A stretch of DNA of 64,000 nt from Candidatus Methanomethylophilaceae archaeon (lineage in GTDB: Archaea > Thermoplasmatota > Thermoplasmata > Methanomassiliicoccales > Methanomethylophilaceae), in NCBI GenBank assembly GCA_017468935.1, contig JAFUHJ010000120.1, positions 4,567-68,566 on the forward strand. The letters are read 5' to 3'. Position 1 is the stretch's first letter. Each line of letters begins with the position of its first letter. Position numbers and translations under genes: made by a program. Positions 9,091 through 18,516 of the stretch are shown here, one piece after another. The notes under the pieces were generated by a model. The model was not told where the DNA came from and searched no databases. It worked only from the letters and a program-made list of their open reading frames with translations.

Positions 9091-9582
9091 TTACTTCTTC
9101 AGCAGTGCGACGATGTTGACGACACCGGCGACGACGAGCATTACTCCGAAGATGAGGAATGCGATGTCATTGCCCATGAAGATCAGGATACCTGCAAGTG
9201 CGATGAGGATACCGACGACGATTGTGAATGCGCTGGGGGATCCCTCTGCCTTGACTCCGCCGAATGCGATGAGTGCTCCGACGATGATGGCAACGACTCC
9301 AATGATCACTGTGGTTATGTCCGCCATAAGGTTGGGGACGAGCAGCAATACTATTCCCAAGATGATCATGACGATTCCCATCGCGTCGACATTCTTGACC
9401 ATGATCATGGGGATGAGTCCCGCGATGATCAGACAGATACCCGCAACTATGAATCCCAGCTCGAGGGCCAGGTCCTTGTCGATGATGAACAGTACACCGA
9501 CGATCACCATGAGAATTGTGTTGATGATCATGGATGTCTTGTTCTGAACATAGTAAACTTCCATGTAGATTACCTCTGACAC
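9091..9582 (-). CDS. DUF308/HdeD-like membrane protein
   Basis: 163 aa, almost entirely repeated G/A/I/V-rich TM helices (LLIIAGLIPMIMV, IIGVVAIIVGALIAFGG, LVVAGVVNIVALL). All overlapping plus-strand ORFs are shadows. Confidence 0.7.
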   Translation of the reverse strand: MSEVIYMEVYYVQNKTSMIINTILMVIVGVLFIIDKDLALELGFIVAGICLIIAGLIPMIMVKNVDAMGIVMIILGIVLLLVPNLMADITTVIIGVVAIIVGALIAFGGVKAEGSPSAFTIVVGILIALAGILIFMGNDIAFLIFGVMLVVAGVVNIVALLKK

Positions 9583-9714
9583 GGTAATTGATTAAACAAC
9601 AATTTAAGACTAACGTCAAACAAGTGCCAGAATAGCATCTTCGAACGAAGTTTTGGATATGAATGCCATGTTCCTTGCAGTGAGATAATCCCCTGCATCC
9701 CCGATCGCCATCAG

Positions 9715-10029
9715 CTACACGCCCGAGATTATCGAGTCCGCCTTCTCTTTGCCATAGTATGTCCCGATGTTCGAAAAGAAGATCTCCGCCTCCTCCGAGG
9801 ATTGGAAAAGGAGATGCGTGACGTTGCCCCTCTTCAGTTGCATGAAGAGATGGAGCTGTGCGTTGCTGGCGGTAACCTTGTCATGCTTGCCGTCTGCATC
9901 ATCGATGACGGTCACTCCGAAAGTCTCTATACCTTTGCTCTTTGCAAGCTCAGTCTGATCCTTCAGAAGACTTCCCACTGTGGTGAATCCCAATACGGCC
10001 ATGATATCAGAACCTGTATCCTTCATCAT
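9715..10029 (-). CDS. hypothetical small protein (only TAG-terminated ORF seen in the window)
   Basis: ORF 9715-10068. Candidate starts are at 10068, 10029/10026 and 10002, and the upstream gene stops at 10007. No family recognised. The stop codon is TAG. Confidence 0.45.
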   Translation of the reverse strand: MMKDTGSDIMAVLGFTTVGSLLKDQTELAKSKGIETFGVTVIDDADGKHDKVTASNAQLHLFMQLKRGNVTHLLFQSSEEAEIFFSNIGTYYGKEKADSIISGV

Positions 10030-10834
10030 ACTTTTTGAAATCTTCGTATTTGTACGGAGGTTTGACACCCAGACTCCAGAAGTAGTATTCCGGGTGGAAG
10101 TATCTGCCGCGGTCCTGGGTCAGGTCGGAGATCTGTATGGCCTTCTTCGGGCACATGTTGATGCAGCTCATGCACATGGAGCACTGGAGCTCATCCCATA
10201 CCGGCTTCCTGTGATACACCTTGATGATCTCTTCGGGACAGACATGTTCGCATATCCTGCATTCAATGCACTTCTCGTCTATCGTGAACTGCTCCGTGTT
10301 CCTGAAATCGAAGTACTGCTCCCTGGCCTCGTCGAAGGAATCGCATCCGGCCATCGTGCGGAAATCGCCTTTCTCCTTCTTGCCGAGCGATTCGATTATC
10401 CCACTAATCGTGACATCCGCGGCATCGTTTATCCTCTTGGCCTCATCCTTGTCGGGAACATCCTCGTAGTAGACTGCGTTCTCCGGCATCAGCACATCAT
10501 AGAACGCATCGACCTTCAGCCTCTTACCGAGTATCTCCTGGAGCTGTTCGCATGCCTTGCCTGATTCCCCAGCACAGGTTGATACCGCATACACATGCCC
10601 GGGCTTGACTATCTCCACCATCTCCAAGAACTCCTCGACCACCGAAGGCAGCCCGTGATAGTAAACGGGGAACACGAATCCGACATCGTTCCCTTCCGCG
10701 TTGTAGAATTTGCGCTTATACTTCACTGCAGCGGCCATCTCGACCATGTCCGATTTGAATGCGGTTGCGATCATTTTCGCTGCATGGTACGAGTTACCGG
10801 TCCCGGAGAACACGAAGATCATGATAAACCGCAT
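10007..10834 (-). CDS. flavodoxin-domain + 2x[4Fe-4S] ferredoxin fusion (EFR1-family-like)
   Basis: MRFIMIFVFSGTGNSYHAAK is a flavodoxin-like start. The C-terminus carries two CxxCxxCxxxCP motifs (CIECRICEHVCP, CSMCMSCINMCP). Confidence 0.8.
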   Translation of the reverse strand: MRFIMIFVFSGTGNSYHAAKMIATAFKSDMVEMAAAVKYKRKFYNAEGNDVGFVFPVYYHGLPSVVEEFLEMVEIVKPGHVYAVSTCAGESGKACEQLQEILGKRLKVDAFYDVLMPENAVYYEDVPDKDEAKRINDAADVTISGIIESLGKKEKGDFRTMAGCDSFDEAREQYFDFRNTEQFTIDEKCIECRICEHVCPEEIIKVYHRKPVWDELQCSMCMSCINMCPKKAIQISDLTQDRGRYFHPEYYFWSLGVKPPYKYEDFKKYDEGYRF

Positions 10835-10961
10835 CAGATACTCGGATATAACCGATGTGCCCTCGATCAATCCAGAAGGGCGAACAGGACCTGGTGTGGG
10901 ACGCATTCTTGTTCGGAATCCTCTGAAATAGATTAATTACTGCAAATGCCATTGCCCGGAC

Positions 10962-12176
10962 ATGGCAATCGCGAACGAGACCGAAATCAGGATCAAGGAT
11001 GACATCTATTGGATAGGCGGGGACGACAGGACGGCAGGACTGTTCGAAGGATCCTTTCCCATACCCGAAGGTGTCTCATACAACTCGTACGTGATCACCG
11101 ACGAGAAGACGTGTCTGCTGGACACATGCGATGCATCCATTTTGTCGAAGTTCTGGAAGAACTTCAGGCACGTTATGGACGGTCGCGAACTCGATTACTT
11201 CGTCATCAACCACATGGAACCGGACCACGGTGCAGCCATCATCCAGGTCCTCGATGCGTACCCCAATGTGACCGTTGTGGGCAACAGCAAGACGTTCGAT
11301 ATGCTCGACAACTTCTACCAGATCAAACCGGCGAACAGGCTGGAGGTCAAGGAGGGCGATGAGCTATGCCTCGGAAAGCACACACTGAAATTCTACTTCG
11401 CAGTCATGGTCCACTGGCCTGAGGTCATGTTCACCTACGACATGAAGGACAGGATACTATTCTCGGCAGATGCCTTCGGAACGTTCAAGACACTATCCGG
11501 TGCCCTCTATGCGGATGAGGTGGATTTCGACAGGGACTACCTGAGCGAGGCCAGAAGGTACTATGCCAACATCGTAGGCAAGTACGGTTCCAAGGTACAA
11601 TCGATCTTCGGCAAACTGGAAGGAGTGCAGATCGACATGGTCTGTCCCCTTCACGGACCCATTTGGAGAGGGGAACAGATCGGATACATCATGGAGAAGT
11701 ACATCACCTGGAGCCTCTATGAGCCCGAGGAGAAGGGGGTCGTCATCGCATACACCTCCATGTATGGCAACACCGCCGCTGTGGCCGACAAATTGGCTCT
11801 CCTCCTCAAGAGCAAGGGCGTGGAGAAGGTCACCATGTACGATGTCACAAGGACTCACCCCTCGTATGTTGTGGGTGATGCCTTCAGGTTCAGCAACATC
11901 GTGCTGGCTGCACCCACATACAACAACAACCTCCATCCTACCATGTCCGCCGTCATCGAGGATATGGAAATAATGACCGTCCAGAACAGGAAATACTCCC
12001 TGATCGGCAACGGATCGTGGGCGCCCCAGTCGCCCAAGATAATGGAGGATAGGATGTCGTCATTGAAGGGCATGACCAAGGTCGGCGAGACATTCGTCAT
12101 CAAATCCTCCATGCGCCCGGAGCAGATGGCAGATCTCGAAAGGTTGGCAGACGACATCGTCGGATCGATGAACTGA
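10962..12176 (+). CDS. fprA: flavodiiron protein (FprA-type O2/NO reductase)
   Basis: Metallo-beta-lactamase-like domain with NHMEPDHGAAI di-iron motif, plus a C-terminal flavodoxin domain (VVIAYTSMYGNTAAVADKLA). Confidence 0.9.
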   Translation: MAIANETEIRIKDDIYWIGGDDRTAGLFEGSFPIPEGVSYNSYVITDEKTCLLDTCDASILSKFWKNFRHVMDGRELDYFVINHMEPDHGAAIIQVLDAYPNVTVVGNSKTFDMLDNFYQIKPANRLEVKEGDELCLGKHTLKFYFAVMVHWPEVMFTYDMKDRILFSADAFGTFKTLSGALYADEVDFDRDYLSEARRYYANIVGKYGSKVQSIFGKLEGVQIDMVCPLHGPIWRGEQIGYIMEKYITWSLYEPEEKGVVIAYTSMYGNTAAVADKLALLLKSKGVEKVTMYDVTRTHPSYVVGDAFRFSNIVLAAPTYNNNLHPTMSAVIEDMEIMTVQNRKYSLIGNGSWAPQSPKIMEDRMSSLKGMTKVGETFVIKSSMRPEQMADLERLADDIVGSMN

Positions 12177-12252
12177 TGTCAGCACCAAAGGTCAATCGTC
12201 AAGGTCATAATTAACCGCCAAGTAATTATAACTCCGATTGGATTAGACGGGC

Positions 12253-13257
12253 ATGGCCTTTACCATAAGACTCTGCCCCTATTGCGGCGGAGCCATCTCC
12301 TCGGATGAGGCAGGATACTATGTCTGTTCTGAATGTGAGAAACGCACATTCAGATCCAGGTCCAATGCGAAGGCATTCCTGCTCAACAAACCATACGAGA
12401 ATGAATATCTCCAGATAATCAACCAGATTGACAGCGACCCTGAGAAATCCGTGGATGCGATGGACGATATCATCAACAACTCCGAGGAAGAACCCGAAGC
12501 CGACATGTTCTTCGTGCGCGGCATAGCCTATGCGGCCATGGGGGAGGAAGGTAAGGCACACTCGGATTGGAAGAAGGGCCTGGATCTCATCACGGACCTT
12601 CGTTTTATCGATTCATACATCATAGCCGTGTGCAAACGCATCGTCGACATGACATGTATGAAGGAGCGCGAATACATAGCATTCAATCCGATCGAATACA
12701 TCGATGCCATCTCGACGGAATTCGGGGTGAAGGCAGAGGTCTCGTGCAAAGGCATCTTCTACATCACAGTCTACAGGAACTTCAGGATGAAGCACCAGTC
12801 GGGTGAACTGGATGACGATCCGGAGATCTACCCTACGATCATTCCGAAACTGCTGACCAAGATTCTTTCTTACGGTCGTGACTTCCGTACGGTCAACAAC
12901 ATCATCGAAGAGATCCTCGAGGACTTCCATTACGATCCCGACACATATGTGGAGGACGACAATCTGAAACTCCATATGTGCAGCCTTCTGAAATCGGAAT
13001 ACGAATCCCTGACGGAGAACTTCAGCGATGAGCACAAGGCCCGCATCTTCAAGCATTGGAACGATGCCAACATGTTCGACCTGGAGTACTGGATGGATGA
13101 ACTCATGAAATCTGTGAAGGACGACAACATCCTTCAGAAGCTGCGTTCGTTCGGTGCCCCCAGAGAGGACTTCGACCTCAACAACGCCGTAGAGGATTAC
13201 GCCAGGAAGTTCCTTCTTCTATCCGAAGACGGAAAGGACCTCTCAGAGGAATCCTGA
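12253..13257 (+). CDS. hypothetical protein with N-terminal zinc ribbon and helical body
   Basis: CPYCGG...-x-CSECEK zinc ribbon at the N-terminus, one TPR-like segment (FFVRGIAYAAMGEEGKAHSDWKKGLDL), and an acidic helical remainder. No family recognised. Confidence 0.55.
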   Translation: MAFTIRLCPYCGGAISSDEAGYYVCSECEKRTFRSRSNAKAFLLNKPYENEYLQIINQIDSDPEKSVDAMDDIINNSEEEPEADMFFVRGIAYAAMGEEGKAHSDWKKGLDLITDLRFIDSYIIAVCKRIVDMTCMKEREYIAFNPIEYIDAISTEFGVKAEVSCKGIFYITVYRNFRMKHQSGELDDDPEIYPTIIPKLLTKILSYGRDFRTVNNIIEEILEDFHYDPDTYVEDDNLKLHMCSLLKSEYESLTENFSDEHKARIFKHWNDANMFDLEYWMDELMKSVKDDNILQKLRSFGAPREDFDLNNAVEDYARKFLLLSEDGKDLSEES

Positions 13258-13803
13258 GTGTTCCAGCAAGATCTTCACTCCTATCAGGATCAATATCGCT
13301 CCGCCGACGAATTTGGCCTTGTTGCTGAATCTGTCACCGACTATGCTACCCATCTTGACTCCGACCACGGAGATCAGGAATGTTATCGCACCGATCATAG
13401 CGGCGTCCAGCCAGATGTTGGAACCGTCCATCGCCATCGATATCCCAGCGGCCAGAGCATCTATGCTCGTGGCAACTGCAAGGAGGAACATTATACGTAA
13501 GCTTATGCTGTCGTCCACATCCTCCTCGTCATCAGAAACGGACTCCCGGATCATGTTGATACCTATCAGGGCCAACAATCCGAAGGCGACCCAATGGTCC
13601 ACATCTGCGATGTACTGGTAGAATGACTCCCCGAGATAGAATCCGATCAATGGCATGATCATCTGGAAGCTTCCGAACCAGATACCGACTATCACCATCG
13701 CTTTCAGGCCTGGTGTCCTCATGGCCAATCCTTTGCATATGGATACTGCGAAGGCATCCATGGCGAGGCCTATTCCCAGTAGGATGATGGATATCGGATC
13801 CAT
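13243..13803 (-). CDS. mntP: manganese efflux pump MntP
   Basis: 186 aa. GLAMDAFAVSICKG and VATSIDALAAGISM are the duplicated MntP/YebN signature. 15-nt convergent overlap with the previous gene. Confidence 0.9.
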   Translation of the reverse strand: MDPISIILLGIGLAMDAFAVSICKGLAMRTPGLKAMVIVGIWFGSFQMIMPLIGFYLGESFYQYIADVDHWVAFGLLALIGINMIRESVSDDEEDVDDSISLRIMFLLAVATSIDALAAGISMAMDGSNIWLDAAMIGAITFLISVVGVKMGSIVGDRFSNKAKFVGGAILILIGVKILLEHSGFL

Positions 13804-13805
13804 GG

Positions 13806-13822
13806 GGCTAAGTGCATTAGCC
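13806..13822. promoter_or_regulatory. inverted repeat GGCTAA-N5-TTAGCC immediately upstream of the mntP start
   Basis: Perfect 6-5-6 inverted repeat starting 3 nt upstream of the mntP ATG (minus strand). Confidence 0.45.
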
Positions 13823-13931
13823 TTGCTAAAAACATATCGCAGGCATCTATGTCAATATCCAGGCATCCAGTGTTAGCACATGCATAGTAGGAAAGTATTA
13901 CCATAACGACTGCAGAATGGTAGACTGTTGA

Positions 13932-13950
13932 ATAATTTAGCCTAAATGAT
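13932..13950. promoter_or_regulatory. 19-bp near-palindrome ATAATTTAGCCTAAATGAT (DtxR/MntR-box-like core TTAGCCTAA)
   Basis: 8 of 9 arm positions are complementary. The centre is identical to the core of the DtxR consensus TTAGGTTAGCCTAACCTAA. Lies in the mntP / zinc-ribbon-gene divergent intergenic region. Confidence 0.5.
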
Positions 13951-14015
13951 GTTCCATTTTTGACTGGTTTAGATACGATTGGACGATTATCTTAAATACG
14001 TTAAAGCGATGTTGG

Positions 14016-14438
14016 ATGTATAATCCAAGTGATAACATGCAGACGAAAACCCTCAGCGAGAAAAGGTGCGGCAGATGCGGCCACGAATGGACGAGCAGCA
14101 TTGATATGCCTGCCAGATGCCCGCACTGCGGAACCTATCACTGGTACGGGGAATCCACATCGTATTCCTGTTTCGTCTGCGGTCACACATGGTTCTCACG
14201 TTCCACAAGGACCCCGATGAGGTGCCCTAAGTGCAAAACACGTTCCTGGCAGAACGGTCCGCGCCGCTTCAATCCTAAAGGGATCGATACCGAGGATGAC
14301 AACGTCCACACGATCATAGACATGTATCTGCATGGAAAGGGCTGTGTCGCTATCGCTATGTCCACAGGAGTGGCCCTCTCGAGCGTCATCGATGTTGTGA
14401 AGATCGCCGTGAGCGACGGACGTCAACCCAGAATGTAA
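14016..14438 (+). CDS. tandem zinc-ribbon protein with C-terminal HTH-like segment
   Basis: Two repeats, CGRCGHEW-x12-CPHCGTYHW and CFVCGHTWF-x11-CPKCKTRSW, then IIDMYLHGKGCVAIAMSTGVALSSVIDVVK (resolvase/sigma-like HTH pattern). Alternative ATG at 14037. Confidence 0.55.
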   Translation: MYNPSDNMQTKTLSEKRCGRCGHEWTSSIDMPARCPHCGTYHWYGESTSYSCFVCGHTWFSRSTRTPMRCPKCKTRSWQNGPRRFNPKGIDTEDDNVHTIIDMYLHGKGCVAIAMSTGVALSSVIDVVKIAVSDGRQPRM

Positions 14439-14490
14439 ATCCTTTTAGAACGAGTGATAAAAAGGGCGGAATATACCGCCCTGATGGTTT

Positions 14491-14901
14491 TCACTCCAGT
14501 CTCTGGAGCATCTTGACGACAGTATCGACGACATCCCTGCCTTTCTCGATCCTGTCCATTGCCTGAAGCTCAGTCATGCCGGGGCCGGTGATACCGAATC
14601 CGACAGGCTTGCCGTAATCCAGTGAGAGGTCCATGATCTTCCTTGATGCCTGTGCGATGACGACCTCGTCGTGCCTGGTCTCGCCAGTGATGACCGCACC
14701 CAGTGTAATGACGGCATCGATGTTCTTGTCCTCGAGAAGTTTCTTGGTGGCCATAGGAATCTCGAAGCATCCGGGGACCTTGATCTCCTTGGTTATCTCG
14801 ACTCCGAGGAATTCTGCTTCAGCCTTGGCCCTCTCCATCATGAGCATGGTGACCTCGTAATTGAACTCTGCCACTACCGCTCCGATCTTGTATTTCTTCA
14901 T
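14491..14901 (-). CDS. ribH: 6,7-dimethyl-8-ribityllumazine synthase
   Basis: MKKYKIGAVVAEFNYEVT..VPGCFEIP..ITLGAVITGETRHDE is a RibH signature. ATG at 14901 chosen; the longer ORF start overlaps ribC. Confidence 0.9.
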   Translation of the reverse strand: MKKYKIGAVVAEFNYEVTMLMMERAKAEAEFLGVEITKEIKVPGCFEIPMATKKLLEDKNIDAVITLGAVITGETRHDEVVIAQASRKIMDLSLDYGKPVGFGITGPGMTELQAMDRIEKGRDVVDTVVKMLQRLE

Positions 14902-14905
14902 TTTA

Positions 14906-15798
<893 letters not shown>

Positions 15799-15799
15799 T

Positions 15800-16507
15800 T
15801 CATAGCTCCGGGTGGGTCTTCTTGAACTCTTTCCACTGGGCGATGACCTCGTCACCGTCGACGATCTTGATGCCCTGTTCCGCAGCATACTCTGCTACAC
15901 TGGACTTGGGTCTGGATCCAAAGTCGTCACCCATCATCTCACAGATGGTGGCCGAAGGCATGACGCCTGCCATGTACATCAGTGCGGTGCACAGTTCGGT
16001 ATGTCCGAAACGGGTCTCCAGGATCTTCTCCGAGGTGTTGAGCAGGTGGATGTGACCGGGAGCTCTGAAATTGGTACCCAGGTCCTTCTTGATCTCATCT
16101 GCGGGTTTATCGGCGAAAATGACCTTCGCATATTCGCTGGCGGTGAGGGCACGGTCCTTGTCGGTGATTCCAGTGTAGGTCTTCCTGTGGTTTATTGTCA
16201 CTCCGAACGAGGATTTGGTCCTGTCGTATGGGATGTCCGTGGGGGCCATGGCCTTGAGAAGGGGGAACTTCTCGCAGTCATCCCAGTAAACATCGGACAT
16301 GAAAGGCAGACCCAGTTCCATCGCCTTGGAATACGGTGTGGTGACGCATATGAGTCCTCCGGCCTCCTTCCTCATCTTCTGGATGATCTCGGGGGTCACG
16401 AATTGGGAAGCGACTGTGAGGTCACATTCCCTCTCCCTGTCATCGAAATCGTATACAAGAACGGGCTTTCCATTTCTAATGTCCTCAAGGACTTCATCGA
16501 ATTTCAT
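15800..16507 (-). CDS. ribB: 3,4-dihydroxy-2-butanone-4-phosphate synthase
   Basis: VLVYDFDDRERECDLTVASQ, AGGLICV and RFGHTELCTALM are DHBP synthase motifs. Confidence 0.9.
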   Translation of the reverse strand: MKFDEVLEDIRNGKPVLVYDFDDRERECDLTVASQFVTPEIIQKMRKEAGGLICVTTPYSKAMELGLPFMSDVYWDDCEKFPLLKAMAPTDIPYDRTKSSFGVTINHRKTYTGITDKDRALTASEYAKVIFADKPADEIKKDLGTNFRAPGHIHLLNTSEKILETRFGHTELCTALMYMAGVMPSATICEMMGDDFGSRPKSSVAEYAAEQGIKIVDGDEVIAQWKEFKKTHPEL

Positions 16508-16556
16508 TTGAACACTGATGTTTGAATCCTAGGAGAATATAATATAAGGTAAGAAT

Positions 16557-16574
16557 CTACCAAATATTTGGTAG
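16557..16574. promoter_or_regulatory. perfect 18-bp palindrome CTACCAAATATTTGGTAG between ribB and glyA
   Basis: Sits just upstream of the AT-rich TATA-like region of the rib operon (ribB ATG at 16507), in a 189-bp divergent spacer. Confidence 0.5.
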
Positions 16575-16696
16575 AAAAATACCGATTAACCCGATTTCTT
16601 TAACCTTGTGAATAGGGCCCGTCTAGCCAGATCGACTATAGAGTTTTCCCCTCTTTTTAACAGCGCGCAAAACAGTATTTATATACGAAATCTTAC

Positions 16697-17998
16697 ATGA
16701 AAAACGATAACATGGCCAAAGAGGACGCCAAATTCATCAGAGAAAATGTCAAGGCCCATAACAAGTGGTTCGAGGAATGCATCCCTATGATCGCATCGGA
16801 GAACCTCATGAGCCCCCTTGCCAAAGAGATGCTCATCTCCGATTTCGCCGACAGGTACGCCGAGGGACTTCCCGGGAAGCGCTACTATCAGGGAAACATC
16901 TACGTTGATAAGGTCGAGCTCAAAGCTATCGAACTTGCAAAGAAGGTCTTCGACTGCGAGTTCGCGGACCTCAGGCCCATCTCCGGAACCGTTGCCAACA
17001 TGGCCGTCCTGATGGCCTTCGCCAAACCCGGCGATATCATCACCACCTGTGCCCTGGACCAGGGAGCGCACATCTCCACATGCGAGTTCGGTGCATTCGG
17101 ACAGAGAGGAGTCAACTCAGTGAATTACCCCTGGAACGAGTCCAATATGAACCTGGATATCGACGGTACCATCAAGGTCCTGAAGGCAGCAAAGCCCAAG
17201 GTAGCACAGTTTGGTCTCTCCGTTTTCCTGTTCCCTCCGCCACTCAAGGAGCTGCAGGACACATTCAACGAGATAGGATGTCTCGTCTGGGAAGACTGCG
17301 CGCACGTTCTCGGTCTGATCGCCGGAAAACAGTTCCAGGACCCCCTCAGGGAAGGAGTCAACATCGTCTCCGCATCGACACACAAGACATTCCCCGGACC
17401 CAACCACGGAATCCTCTTGGGACAGAACCTCACCGAGGAACAGGAGAAGAAGCTCCAGCATGCAGCATTCCCCGGAGTCACATCCAGCCACCACCTCCAC
17501 GCGATGGCAGCATTGGGAATTACCCTCGCCGAGATGGATGTCTTCGGAAAGGAATACGCTGCCCAGGCCTGCAAGAACTCACGCGCACTCGGAGAGGCCC
17601 TCTATGAGCTCGGAGTCCCTGTGCTTTGTCCCGACCTCGGATTCACCAGATCCCACGCGATCGCTGTCGATGTCTCCCAGTTCGGAGGAGGAAAGCAGTG
17701 CGCACAGCTGCTCGAGGACGCCAACATCATCTGTAACAAGAACATGCTCCCCAGGGACACCAGCTCCGTCAACCCGTCCGGACTCAGGCTCGGATCGCAG
17801 GAGATGACCCGTCTCGGAATGAAGGAGAGTGAGATGAAGGAGGTCGCAGAGCTCATCGCAAGGGTCGTCAAGAAGAAGGAGGACCCTGCCAAGGTCAAAG
17901 AGGATGTCAAGGAGCTCAAGAAGAACTTCGCGACCATCCAGTACTGCTTCAACGCTGGCGAACCCGCATACGAGTACCACGATCTCGTGGACTTCTGA
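16697..17998 (+). CDS. glyA: serine hydroxymethyltransferase
   Basis: MIASENLMSPL, YAEGLPGKRYYQG and VSASTHKTFPGP (PLP lysine motif). TATA-like TATTTATATA ~20 nt upstream suggests a leaderless or short-leader mRNA. Confidence 0.93.
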   Translation: MKNDNMAKEDAKFIRENVKAHNKWFEECIPMIASENLMSPLAKEMLISDFADRYAEGLPGKRYYQGNIYVDKVELKAIELAKKVFDCEFADLRPISGTVANMAVLMAFAKPGDIITTCALDQGAHISTCEFGAFGQRGVNSVNYPWNESNMNLDIDGTIKVLKAAKPKVAQFGLSVFLFPPPLKELQDTFNEIGCLVWEDCAHVLGLIAGKQFQDPLREGVNIVSASTHKTFPGPNHGILLGQNLTEEQEKKLQHAAFPGVTSSHHLHAMAALGITLAEMDVFGKEYAAQACKNSRALGEALYELGVPVLCPDLGFTRSHAIAVDVSQFGGGKQCAQLLEDANIICNKNMLPRDTSSVNPSGLRLGSQEMTRLGMKESEMKEVAELIARVVKKKEDPAKVKEDVKELKKNFATIQYCFNAGEPAYEYHDLVDF

Positions 17999-18009
17999 AA
18001 ACAATACAA

Positions 18010-18025
18010 GGGGGAGTGATCCCCC
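18010..18025. terminator. hairpin GGGGGA-GTGA-TCCCCC + T-tract between convergent glyA and bcp
   Basis: 6-bp stem followed by TGATTTTT. Lies between two convergent stops. Confidence 0.55.
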
Positions 18026-18045
18026 TGATTTTTCATTGAATCGAT

Positions 18046-18507
18046 TTAAGAAAGTGATCTTGCCTTTTCAAGGACCTTGTCCACGTGACCGTCGACCTTG
18101 ACCTTCTTCCAGGCGGCTTCGACCTTGCCATCCTTTCCGACGATGAATGTCGATCTGATGGTCCCTGTGGTCTCCTTCCCGTACATGATCTTCGTACCCC
18201 AGGCACCTGATGCCTCGAGCAGGATATGATCGGGATCGCTAAGGAGCTTAATCCTCAGTTCCTTGGAATCCACGAACTTCCTGTGGGACGCCACCGTATC
18301 CTTGCTTACTCCGATGACCTGGATACCGAGCGCCTCGAAATCGTCCAGCTTCTCGCTGAAACCGATGGCCTCCCTGGTGCAACCGGATGTGTTGTCCTTC
18401 GGATAGAAGTAGATGACATATCTCTTGCCTTTCAGTTGCTTGCTGTCGAATTCATCGCCGTTCTCGTCCTGGAGAACGAAATCCGGGAAAGTCTCTCCTG
18501 TCTCCAT
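18046..18507 (-). CDS. bcp: peroxiredoxin (Bcp/thiol peroxidase family)
   Basis: FPDFVLQDENG..KRYVIYFYPKDNTSGCTREA contains the PxxxTxxC peroxidatic Cys motif. Confidence 0.9.
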   Translation of the reverse strand: METGETFPDFVLQDENGDEFDSKQLKGKRYVIYFYPKDNTSGCTREAIGFSEKLDDFEALGIQVIGVSKDTVASHRKFVDSKELRIKLLSDPDHILLEASGAWGTKIMYGKETTGTIRSTFIVGKDGKVEAAWKKVKVDGHVDKVLEKARSLS

Positions 18508-18516
18508 TTCATCACC

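Noticed and set aside
9028-9619. Three overlapping ORFs (D/E/C/H-rich 183 aa, 144 aa, 150 aa) around the DUF308 gene.
   Set aside because: Their compositionally bizarre translations mirror the G/A/I/V-rich codons of the minus-strand membrane protein. They are shadows of a low-complexity gene.
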